Positions 56,071-63,615 of a stretch of DNA of 64,000 nt are shown here, one piece after another. The stretch's first letter is position 1. The number at the start of each line of letters is the position of its first letter. A model generated the notes under the pieces. It made no database searches, was not told the origin of the DNA, and worked only from the letters and a program-made list of their open reading frames with translations. A program made the translations under genes and the position numbers. The stretch lies in UHGV virus genome UHGV-1374697; one strand, 5' to 3'. Source of the DNA: a virus.

Positions 56071-56394
56071 GTCTGATGATAAGGAACTTATGGTATAAAG
56101 AGGTCTGTAGGTCTCCGGGGGAACCGAGGGTGCAATACCTGTTTCCCACTGACACCCTGATATGCGTAACTCGTTGATACTCTAGGCAATCCGCTTCCAT
56201 ACTTCGCATAATACATATAATGCAAAATCGCATTCCGGTTTTCCTACTAATCCGATAGGAATTGAAATTGAAGGTGCTGGAGAAGGCAGGAAAGGGGCAG
56301 GGTCTTGCCCTCAAATTGTTCAACTCTGGACGGGTTAAGTATCAACAACATATGAAGCATACCCTAGGGGGTATAGGTATCCTTCCCTCATTAA

Positions 56395-56552
56395 TAGTCA
56401 AATATTGGACTAATGGCTTTTACATTTTTGTAAAAGCCCTATATCTTGTATGTCAAATTGTCACACCCCTATATCTTGCGTACCTGTAGCGGTGCAATCG
56501 GCAGGCGGCCAGTCCTTGCGGTTTTGCCGTCAGATAGTCAAATATCGGACTA
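56395..56552. promoter_or_regulatory. two near-palindromic 18-bp operator-like sites TAGTCAAATAT(T/C)GGACTA
   Basis: Sites at 56395-56412 and 56533-56552 with GACTA/TAGTC half-sites. The direct repeat CCCTATATCTTG x2 (56443-56490) lies between them. Confidence 0.45.
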
Positions 56553-56577
56553 TCTATCTTCAAAGATTGTTAGACCG

Positions 56578-56783
56578 GACTTATAAAGTTAGGCTGGACT
56601 TAAAAGTTAGGCTGGACTTATAAAGTTAGACCGGACTTAATAAGTTAGGCTGGACTTATAAAGTTAGGCTGGACTTAAAAGTTAGGCTGGACTTATAAAG
56701 TTAGGCTGGACTTAAAAGTTAGTCCAAACTTAAAATGTTAGGCCGGACTTAATAAGTTAGACGGCACTTACAAGGGAGGAATG
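56578..56783. repeat. tandem array of about 11 units of 18-19 bp, GTTAGGCTGGACTTA(T)AAA
   Basis: Alternating 19-bp and 18-bp units, with degenerate units at the 3' end. They share the GGACT half-site with the upstream palindromes. There are no unique spacers. Confidence 0.8.
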
Positions 56784-56819
56784 TTTAAGAATCCTTAATA
56801 GTTATGAATCCTTAACTAT

Positions 56820-56882
56820 CTTGAAGCCCTTGAAGCCCTTGAAGCCCTTGAAGCCCTTGAAGCCCTTGAAGCCGTTGAAGCC
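56820..56882. repeat. tandem repeat of 9 bp x7 (CTTGAAGCC)
   Basis: Six perfect copies plus GTTGAAGCC. Confidence 0.85.
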
Positions 56883-56986
56883 GCTATCCCACCACAACCG
56901 ATTGCCCGAAATTGTTCCATGTGGAACATTTTAAGGCCAAAAGATACCAAAAGAATACAAAAGAATCCCCTACACTATATATATAA

Positions 56987-57047
56987 AAGGGGAACCGGGG
57001 GAACCGGATACCGGGGGAACCGGGGGAACCGGGAATCATGGATACCG
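56987..57047. repeat. GGGGGAACCG x4 direct repeats (the GGAACC motif family) just upstream of the first early promoter
   Basis: aaaGGGGAACCGGGGGAACCGGataCCGGGGGAACCGGGGGAACCGGgaatcatggataccg. Confidence 0.7.
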
Positions 57048-57116
57048 AAGGGTTGTATGACACAATTATAACACGCAGATAGTCAGCAGGTTACAACGCG
57101 CCGGAAAGAAAACCGC

Positions 57117-57171
57117 TTGACGCACCCGGCAATCATGTTAAATTGCAATCATCCAACGGGGAACAACCCCC
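57117..57171 (+). promoter_or_regulatory. early promoter and leader-hairpin cassette, copy a (degenerate)
   Basis: TTGACG-N15-TTAAAT, then tgcaatcatcc and the hairpin CGGGG-aacaa-CCCCG, upstream of the ATG at 57215. Confidence 0.4.
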
Positions 57172-57214
57172 GGACAATGAGAACACTAATTAAATAGATA
57201 GGAGACCACTAATC

Positions 57215-57499
57215 ATGATTATCAACATCATCATCAATCGCAGGTGCGGCCTCATTAACTATGACGCCGCTACACATCTTAAAGCTATCTATGACTACGC
57301 AACCGCCGCCGGACTGTCAGACCTAGCCCGTGCGTTGGATAGCGGAAAAGAAGCTGATGTTAAGGCCGCTCTCATGCACTATGTCATCAATGGGGGTTGC
57401 AACCCGGACATCCACCACTACAACATGTTTGACTTGTGCTTATTTATCAACCGGGTGCGGTGGACGGATGAAGAAGAAGAATCTGCTGATACTGAATGA
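57215..57499 (+). CDS. early hypothetical protein (94 aa)
   Basis: First plus-strand ORF after the control region, with an A-rich leader. Confidence 0.5.
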   Translation: MIINIIINRRCGLINYDAATHLKAIYDYATAAGLSDLARALDSGKEADVKAALMHYVINGGCNPDIHHYNMFDLCLFINRVRWTDEEEESADTE

Positions 57500-57532
57500 T
57501 TTATGATTGTGTCATACAACTCAAAAAACTAT

Positions 57533-57585
57533 TTGACAACACTCTAAAATCTGATAAATTGCAATCATCCACCGGGGCAACCCGG
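57533..57585 (+). promoter_or_regulatory. early promoter and leader-hairpin cassette, copy b
   Basis: TTGACA-N16-TAAATT, then gcaatcatcc and the hairpin CCGGG-gcaa-CCCGG. It is preceded by GTCATACAACTCAAAAAACT, and AACAATAGAAAGAAATAA lies 8 nt before the ATG at 57628. Confidence 0.55.
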
Positions 57586-57627
57586 ACAACGAAAAGAAAC
57601 ACTAAAACAATAGAAAGAAATAATACA

Positions 57628-58056
57628 ATGAGCACATATACAGATCACGCAAAGAGATTCCTTGAAAATTGCGGAATCAGAATTACCGGAAAGTATAAGG
57701 GAAGATATGTTCCCTTGTGGGATAAAGAGCCGCATAGCACATGGGAAATTGTCCTGCGGCGTGAAGACCGCCGGAAGGGAGAAAAAGACGCAATCTTCAT
57801 CACGTTTTATCAGTCACACGCAGATAAGTACAAGACGCCCACCGCTTATGCCGTACTGGCTTGCCTGTGTAAGTCAGATTGTGGCTCCTATCAGGACTTT
57901 TGTGAAGATATGGGATTGCCCCTATATGACGAGGATACGGGGGAACGCAATATGGATTCCTATTGCCAGTACACAGCGGCGTGCCATGAGTACGCAGATC
58001 TTAAAACCTTCTTCACCCGCCCGGGTGAATGGGAAGAGCTGGAAGAGATTTATTGA
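57628..58056 (+). CDS. early hypothetical Cys-rich protein (142 aa)
   Basis: The start at 57628 (MSTYTDHAKRF) is supported by the conserved leader. The ATG at 57496 lies inside the promoter cassette. Confidence 0.55.
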   Translation: MSTYTDHAKRFLENCGIRITGKYKGRYVPLWDKEPHSTWEIVLRREDRRKGEKDAIFITFYQSHADKYKTPTAYAVLACLCKSDCGSYQDFCEDMGLPLYDEDTGERNMDSYCQYTAACHEYADLKTFFTRPGEWEELEEIY

Positions 58057-58122
58057 ACCTTGAAAAGATACGCCACTCTACGAAACATTTAACCACAAAC
58101 CAACAACAGAAAGAATAATACT

Positions 58123-58512
58123 ATGAAAGACATATCAGAATTACACATCAGAAAGGAAATAAAAGTAGAAGGAAACGGAAAAGTTCACCTCGCCATTGAA
58201 AGCTTTAATTCCTTGCACCGAAAAGAGTATACTCTTTCCCCCGCCATGTGGGCGGCTTCGGAAGTACTACAGGACAAGGTTTCCCGGCCGGGAAGTATGT
58301 ACCTGAAAGATACGTTTTCTATCTATCGCGTAGGTGCTTATGACGTTATGATAATTTCATCCGTGGATGAATCCCCATATTCAACCCTTGAAAGATTATC
58401 GCTAGCGGAAAAGATAGCATGGTTCCCTTTCGGCATTGAAAACGTCCAACAGGTAGAAGATACCCGGCATTCTAATTCACAACATGTATCTTATCTGCGT
58501 ATCATTCAATGA
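58123..58512 (+). CDS. early hypothetical protein (129 aa)
   Basis: ORF with the leader AGAAAGAATAATACT-ATG. Confidence 0.5.
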   Translation: MKDISELHIRKEIKVEGNGKVHLAIESFNSLHRKEYTLSPAMWAASEVLQDKVSRPGSMYLKDTFSIYRVGAYDVMIISSVDESPYSTLERLSLAEKIAWFPFGIENVQQVEDTRHSNSQHVSYLRIIQ

Positions 58513-58588
58513 ATATGAAACCCGTTAAAGCTGAATAATTACACCGCCCTAACATATTAACAATAAAACAATAGAAAGAAATAAAATC

Positions 58589-59116
58589 ATGAATACATTT
58601 CCTAAAATGCTCAATGTTACTGAATACGCCCTGATTCATGACATTCCAGAATGGGCAATCTACTCCCTTGAATACGGAGAAGGTGAAGAAGATATGGCAG
58701 ATGAAGACCTTAAAATCCTTGAAGAGTGGGAAAAAGACTACTACCCTGTTTCCTCGGTGGAAGACCAGCCGGAAGCACATTTCACCAGCACGCCCGCCTT
58801 TGGCTTGCCCTGTGACTGTGTAAAATATTATGTTCTCCCTTGGTATATAGATGCCGTCTATATGTGGGCAAAACCCGGATGCCGCATGACAAATTGTTAC
58901 CTTAAGTTCACGCTAGTTTCAGGCTCGCAGGTAAAGGTGTATCTGAACGGGCATCAAACCCTGCGGAGTGCTATCCGCAACCTGATAGGGCAGGTAGAAA
59001 TGGGGCATACTTTCACAGACGTGAACGGGCATGAAGTTACTCCAAAAGCCCGCGATATCATTAACTTCTGGATTTGTACAATGCAAGGGCAAACCCTAGC
59101 TACAGGGCGCATTTAA
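58589..59116 (+). CDS. early protein, paralog A of a duplicated pair (175 aa)
   Basis: About 60% identical to 60324..60854 (shared ...YALIHDIPEWA...TPAFGLPCDCVKYYVLP...PGCRMTNCYL...GHQTLRSAIRNLIG...GHTFTD...QTLATGRI). Has the conserved AACAATAGAAAGAAATAAAATC leader. Confidence 0.6.
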   Translation: MNTFPKMLNVTEYALIHDIPEWAIYSLEYGEGEEDMADEDLKILEEWEKDYYPVSSVEDQPEAHFTSTPAFGLPCDCVKYYVLPWYIDAVYMWAKPGCRMTNCYLKFTLVSGSQVKVYLNGHQTLRSAIRNLIGQVEMGHTFTDVNGHEVTPKARDIINFWICTMQGQTLATGRI

Positions 59117-59152
59117 CATATTAACAATAAAACAATAGAAAGAAATAAAATC

Positions 59153-59455
59153 ATGAATGAAGACGAAAAGAAAACGGCAATAGATATTTTAGCCGCTCAT
59201 ATCCGGGAAACGCGCCCCTACCTTTTCCAGTTGTCCGCACGCCATGATGAAGAGCTGGAACTAATCGCCGCACTAGCGGAAGCAACCGGAAGCAAGCTTA
59301 CCTTGCTTGTCAGGAACCGGGAATCCCGGGAAATGCGGGCAATCAGCATTGCGGACTATCGCCCTCATGAAATGGTAGTCAGCCGTGCCTTTATTTCAGA
59401 CCCACTATGCCTTGCCCTTGAGGAAGCGGGCGCAAGGATTGTGTATAACCGTTAA
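59153..59455 (+). CDS. early hypothetical protein (100 aa)
   Basis: ORF with the conserved leader. Confidence 0.5.
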   Translation: MNEDEKKTAIDILAAHIRETRPYLFQLSARHDEELELIAALAEATGSKLTLLVRNRESREMRAISIADYRPHEMVVSRAFISDPLCLALEEAGARIVYNR

Positions 59456-59492
59456 GTCCCCCCTGAAAAGTTACACCACCCTAAAAAAGTAT

Positions 59493-59550
59493 TTGACAAG
59501 ATAATAAAATCCGATAAACTAAAATCAGCAAGCGGGAGACAAGCTCCCGC
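59493..59550 (+). promoter_or_regulatory. early promoter and leader-hairpin cassette, copy c
   Basis: TTGACA-N16-TAAACT, then aaaatcagcaa and the hairpin GCGGGAG-acaag-CTCCCGC. It is preceded by TTACACCACCCTAAAAAAGTA, and the leader ATTAGAAAGAAATAACTT-ATG follows. Confidence 0.6.
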
Positions 59551-59581
59551 ATAACCTCAAACCATTAGAAAGAAATAACTT

Positions 59582-59908
59582 ATGAAAGAAATACTAAAAT
59601 TAGACTATGACGAAATGACTGTATCAGACCCTGACAAGATGACAATCTTGCCCCATAACTGGAAGGAAGATACTGCTCTCATGCTTACCGTTACGGATAG
59701 GGTATGCAAGGGAATCGAAAAAGCAAGGAAGCTACTTCCCACCCTACCCCGGGGAAGTGAGATTAAAATCAGGCTGGATTCTTGGTACATTCTGGGAGAA
59801 CTTAAAGGATATACGCCGGACTTCGGATATATTGTGATAAGACCGTTCGAAACTGCTTTTGTACTAGCCCTTTCTGATTCCCCGGAAACTATTTCTTGGT
59901 CGCTCTAA
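59582..59908 (+). CDS. early hypothetical protein (108 aa)
   Basis: ORF downstream of cassette c. Confidence 0.5.
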   Translation: MKEILKLDYDEMTVSDPDKMTILPHNWKEDTALMLTVTDRVCKGIEKARKLLPTLPRGSEIKIRLDSWYILGELKGYTPDFGYIVIRPFETAFVLALSDSPETISWSL

Positions 59909-59945
59909 TTTATCATACAACTGAAAACCTAAACAACACTATATC

Positions 59946-60269
59946 ATGAACACTCAAATTGAATTGAAAGACAACGAAATCCCGGCATGGGCATTCTACG
60001 AAAACGGCGAGGGCCTTCTGTCCCTTATCTTTTTCGCCGCATCACCTTCACATGCACGCCCCATTGCCGCCCTGCTTAACATATACCCGTGGGATGCCCT
60101 GCCAGAATTAGATGATTCTGACATTGTGCGCTTGTGGCAGGCGGTGAAAGAGAATGAGTTAGGGGACTGGTGTACCTATGACGCAAAGGAAATTAACCGG
60201 TATCTGGAACAACGGTTCTGCCAGTCAGTAGCTACAGCTTCTATAATTACGCCGCTCCCCATTGAATAA
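59946..60269 (+). CDS. early hypothetical protein (107 aa)
   Basis: An ORF. Confidence 0.5.
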   Translation: MNTQIELKDNEIPAWAFYENGEGLLSLIFFAASPSHARPIAALLNIYPWDALPELDDSDIVRLWQAVKENELGDWCTYDAKEINRYLEQRFCQSVATASIITPLPIE

Positions 60270-60323
60270 CTACGCCGCCCTATAAAATCAAACTAATAAT
60301 AAACAATAGAAAGCAACCATATT

Positions 60324-60854
60324 ATGAAGACTACAACTAAACCGGAAATACTTAAAGTATCAGACTATGCCCTTATCCATGACATTCCCACCTATGCCCT
60401 CAATTACTTGGTGTGCGGGGAAGATGAAAGCCTCGCCCCTGATGACATTGAAAACATTGAAGAGTGGAAAAAAGACTACTATCTTGCCCCCCTAGTTGAA
60501 GGCCAGCTGGTTGCTCTTCATTCTGCCACTCCGGCTTTCGGTTCACCCTGCCCTTGTGTAAAATACTATGTCCTGCCTCGCTTTATGGGGGCAGTCCTGA
60601 CATGGATAAATCCGGGTTGCCGGATGACTAACTGCTACCTTGAACTTAAGCTTACAGACGGTGGCCGGGTAAAGGTGTATCTGAAAGGGCATCAAACCCT
60701 GCGCAGTACTATCCGCAACCTGATTGGCTTGGTAGAAACGGGACATACTTTCACCGATATGAACGGCCACAATGTATCCCCCCGTCCCCGTGATATCGTT
60801 AATTTCTGGATTCGTACAATGCACGGGCAAACGCTGGCAACCGGAAGAATATAA
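60324..60854 (+). CDS. early protein, paralog B of the duplicated pair (176 aa)
   Basis: See 58589..59116. Has the leader AACAATAGAAAGCAACCATATT-ATG. Confidence 0.6.
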   Translation: MKTTTKPEILKVSDYALIHDIPTYALNYLVCGEDESLAPDDIENIEEWKKDYYLAPLVEGQLVALHSATPAFGSPCPCVKYYVLPRFMGAVLTWINPGCRMTNCYLELKLTDGGRVKVYLKGHQTLRSTIRNLIGLVETGHTFTDMNGHNVSPRPRDIVNFWIRTMHGQTLATGRI

Positions 60855-60905
60855 ACCACTTGCGGCTTGTTCCGGGGAATCAAAATTGTTCCACGTGGAA
60901 CATTT

Positions 60906-61034
60906 AAACCCCGGAACCCCCGGAACCCGTCAAATAACTCTAACCAAATAACAACGTAGAAAGACAAAGGAATAATTCCCGCCCCCGGAATGCGGGGGAT
61001 ATCGGGTGCAACGGGTTCCGGGGGTTCCGGGGTT
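60906..61034. repeat. 21-bp perfect inverted repeat pair (CCCCGGAACCCCCGGAACCCG ... CGGGTTCCGGGGGTTCCGGGG) enclosing a leader-like segment and a GC hairpin, with no ORF
   Basis: The arms lie at 60906-60930 and 61010-61034. Between them sits AACTCTAACCAAATAACAACGTAGAAAGACAAAGG (leader-like) and the hairpin CCCGCCCCCGG-aat-GCGGGGGATATCGGG. Confidence 0.6.
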
Positions 61035-61095
61035 TAACAATAAACCAATCATAAATTACAGACCGTGAATAACTACGCCGCTCTATAAAAAGTAT

Positions 61096-61149
61096 TTGAC
61101 AAGATAAGAAAATCTGCTAAACTGAAATCATCAGCCACCGGAAGGGTGG
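61096..61149 (+). promoter_or_regulatory. early promoter and leader-hairpin cassette, copy d
   Basis: TTGACA-N16-TAAACT, then gaaatcatcag and the hairpin CCACC-ggaag-GGTGG. It is preceded by CTACGCCGCTCTATAAAAAGTA, and the leader AACAATAGAAAGAATAATACT-ATG (61186) follows. Confidence 0.6.
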
Positions 61150-61185
61150 CAACTATATCAACAAAACAATAGAAAGAATAATACT

Positions 61186-61614
61186 ATGAAAGAAAATGAG
61201 ATTGAAGTATGGGGAACTACGGAAGCGCAAGACGTTTCATCAAACGCCGTTAATAGCCGAGGTGAAAAGTGCCGCATTGTGCGCACCTATGACTACTACC
61301 CGGACGAGCATGAGATACATGAACACGTCAGTATTCAGAATGCCGTTAGTATTAAACTGGTAGAGTTTAACGCTTACAAGGTGCGGGACTTGATTGAAAA
61401 TACAGAAAGGTTCCGTGCTCGTCTTTCCGATTGCACAACCACCGTTCCTACGTGCGAACCGAAAGCCGAACCGTATGCGAGAAGCAACTCTATTAGAGTA
61501 TTCCGGGAAAGAGCCGTGCAATATTATGGCACAAACTCTGATTCTTTTACTCTCTACACGGATAGAAACTTTTTGGACATTCCTATACCCCTCGTTGTTC
61601 TCTTCTCAAAATAA
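61186..61614 (+). CDS. early hypothetical protein (142 aa)
   Basis: ORF downstream of cassette d. Confidence 0.5.
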   Translation: MKENEIEVWGTTEAQDVSSNAVNSRGEKCRIVRTYDYYPDEHEIHEHVSIQNAVSIKLVEFNAYKVRDLIENTERFRARLSDCTTTVPTCEPKAEPYARSNSIRVFRERAVQYYGTNSDSFTLYTDRNFLDIPIPLVVLFSK

Positions 61615-61652
61615 ATAGGATACGCCTTTTGTCATACAAAACAAAAAACTAG

Positions 61653-61709
61653 TTGACAAGATAAGAAAATCTGCTAAACTGAAATCATCCAGCGGGGGAC
61701 AAGCCCCGC
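61653..61709 (+). promoter_or_regulatory. early promoter and leader-hairpin cassette, copy e
   Basis: TTGACA-N16-TAAACT, then gaaatcatcca and the hairpin GCGGGG-gacaa-GCCCCGC. It is preceded by GTCATACAAAACAAAAAACTAG, and the leader CCGATAGAAAGAATAAAACA-ATG (61754) follows. Confidence 0.6.
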
Positions 61710-61753
61710 AACAATAAACCAAACAACAATAAACCGATAGAAAGAATAAAACA

Positions 61754-62503
61754 ATGAATACTACATCCGCAAACCTCACCAGTGCCGCCGCCATTAATGC
61801 CCTTACTGAACGGGCAAATGCCGCTATCGATGCCGCCGTAGACAAGGTGCGTGACGACCTCATGAAGAATAATCAGAATGACTATGTCATCCCGGTGAAA
61901 AATATGGGGCATAACCTGAAACAGGTTGTCCGAGATAATGCCGCCTATGGTCTGGCCGCCTTTATTACTCACCGCATGCTGATACTAGTGGCCGAACGCC
62001 TTCGCCAGTTTGAAGGCAAGGTCTATAACGTCCGAGTAGAACGGATGATGGATGACTGTCTGGCCGCCGCAATCGTGCAAAGCGTTGATGCGGACATTAA
62101 AATCCGAGCCTATATAGATAGAAGTCACTACGCATGGCCGAAAGTGGTGTTTCATCATATCCTCCCCGGCATGTATGATAACATAAATATTTCCTTTAAC
62201 TTTGACGTCAACGAATTGACGCAGAAGCAGAAGCGGATTGTCACCGGGAGGGACATGGAGAAATTCATTGAAGGAATCTTCAATGATATGGTTCGCCTTG
62301 ATACCAAGCTTCAAGAAATTGAGGATTCAAACTACCGCCTTTGCAATTCCGACTACATGTGCGCCTATTTTACACAAGCCGTTAAAGTGGAAGAGCAAGT
62401 GGAGAGCTTGAAGCAAGGCCTTAAAAACCTGACTGGTGCACAATACTATCGCTTCGACTATAACCACACAACCGTTTCCACCCTTCCCTCCTACAGGGCA
62501 TGA
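61754..62503 (+). CDS. early hypothetical protein (249 aa)
   Basis: The largest early ORF. No motif recognised. Confidence 0.55.
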   Translation: MNTTSANLTSAAAINALTERANAAIDAAVDKVRDDLMKNNQNDYVIPVKNMGHNLKQVVRDNAAYGLAAFITHRMLILVAERLRQFEGKVYNVRVERMMDDCLAAAIVQSVDADIKIRAYIDRSHYAWPKVVFHHILPGMYDNINISFNFDVNELTQKQKRIVTGRDMEKFIEGIFNDMVRLDTKLQEIEDSNYRLCNSDYMCAYFTQAVKVEEQVESLKQGLKNLTGAQYYRFDYNHTTVSTLPSYRA

Positions 62504-62588
62504 CTTAAACCCCGCCCCAGCTACCCTATTTATTAGAACCCTCAAATAACTCTAACCAAACAATCAACAAACCAAACAATAAAACACC

Positions 62589-62903
62589 ATGAGAACCTAC
62601 ATTGAAAAATTAGGCAAGGAATACATTGAAGGCAGAAAAGAAAGTGGTAAGTCTCCCTTGCGGACCGGATTATACGGAGTGCGTTTGCGCTCCATGACAT
62701 GGAAGCGCACCCGACTTTTCTCCTATCAAACGCATGTTGCCACCCTCGACCGCCTAGGTAAAGTACTGTATGTTACGACCAAAAAATATTCACAAACCAC
62801 TACCCGGCAAATGCGGGATATTGAATGGCTCGCAAGTTGCAACGGCTTTCATATCGTACCTACCGAACGCGTTGAAGATTATGCACATATCCTTGAAGGA
62901 TAG
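62589..62903 (+). CDS. early hypothetical basic protein (104 aa)
   Basis: ORF with the A/C-rich leader AACTCTAACCAAACAATCAACAAACCAAACAATAAAACACC-ATG. Confidence 0.5.
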   Translation: MRTYIEKLGKEYIEGRKESGKSPLRTGLYGVRLRSMTWKRTRLFSYQTHVATLDRLGKVLYVTTKKYSQTTTRQMRDIEWLASCNGFHIVPTERVEDYAHILEG

Positions 62904-62979
62904 TATCATACATATTAAAGTAAAAACCTGATAGAGTATTATCTTTTCCCTTAGAACCGACAAAGAACACTACAAAATT

Positions 62980-63585
62980 ATGACTGCATTTGACATTGAT
63001 ATCACAGGCAGGAAACGTGATGAACTTTCCCGCACGGAATGGCTTAAACTCACAAATCGAATCAATAAACTTCAACCTGCAATCTTTTCTTTTAAGGCAG
63101 GTGTAATATCCCATAGGATAGACAGGCCTTCCGAATGGAATGGAGAAGGAACGGCATATGTTAAGCCGTACATGCGGCCCTACGCAATCGAACTGGAACG
63201 CACGCACAATGGCGCGTGCATTGTCCGGCTCCACAAGTTGAAGTGGAATGGCACGGTGTGGAAACTTGCGGAAACGGCGGCTCTGACTGTAGGGGATGCT
63301 ATAGAACTGGCAAAGCACTTTATTGCGGTGGTTAATCAGAACTGGCAGGAAGTGGGGTTGCGTATTGCGCAGGAAGCAGGGGCAGTGGACTTCATGGTTG
63401 ATGGTAGCCTCACCTATATGCGCTTCCGATTCCTTACGCCCGATAAGGAATCCATGAATAAACTTAACTCTATAAAGGTTCGCAAGCTGGCGGAACGTTT
63501 CTTCCTCCCCTGCATGGTGAAGTTTACGAGCAACAAATGGCACGACGATTTGAATCTGGAAACCGTGAAGCTCGTACTCCGTTGA
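62980..63585 (+). CDS. early hypothetical protein (201 aa)
   Basis: An ORF. Confidence 0.5.
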   Translation: MTAFDIDITGRKRDELSRTEWLKLTNRINKLQPAIFSFKAGVISHRIDRPSEWNGEGTAYVKPYMRPYAIELERTHNGACIVRLHKLKWNGTVWKLAETAALTVGDAIELAKHFIAVVNQNWQEVGLRIAQEAGAVDFMVDGSLTYMRFRFLTPDKESMNKLNSIKVRKLAERFFLPCMVKFTSNKWHDDLNLETVKLVLR

Positions 63586-63615
63586 ACCCTTAGAAACCTC
63601 ACATAGCTCTATAAT

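Noticed and set aside
54320-56489. ORFs inside the control region (54320..54520, 54578..54769, 54785..55126, 55524..55871, 55868..56323 and others)
   Set aside because: They lie in repeat-rich or GC-rich DNA and translate to Trp/Arg/Pro-rich low-plausibility sequences. They lack the conserved A-rich leaders seen at every confident start, and they overlap each other on both strands. I treat them as non-coding.
56578-56783. Tandem 18/19-bp repeat array considered as a CRISPR array
   Set aside because: The units abut each other with no unique spacers of 25-40 bp, there is no leader or cas gene context, and the repeats are degenerate at one end. It is a plain tandem-repeat or iteron array.
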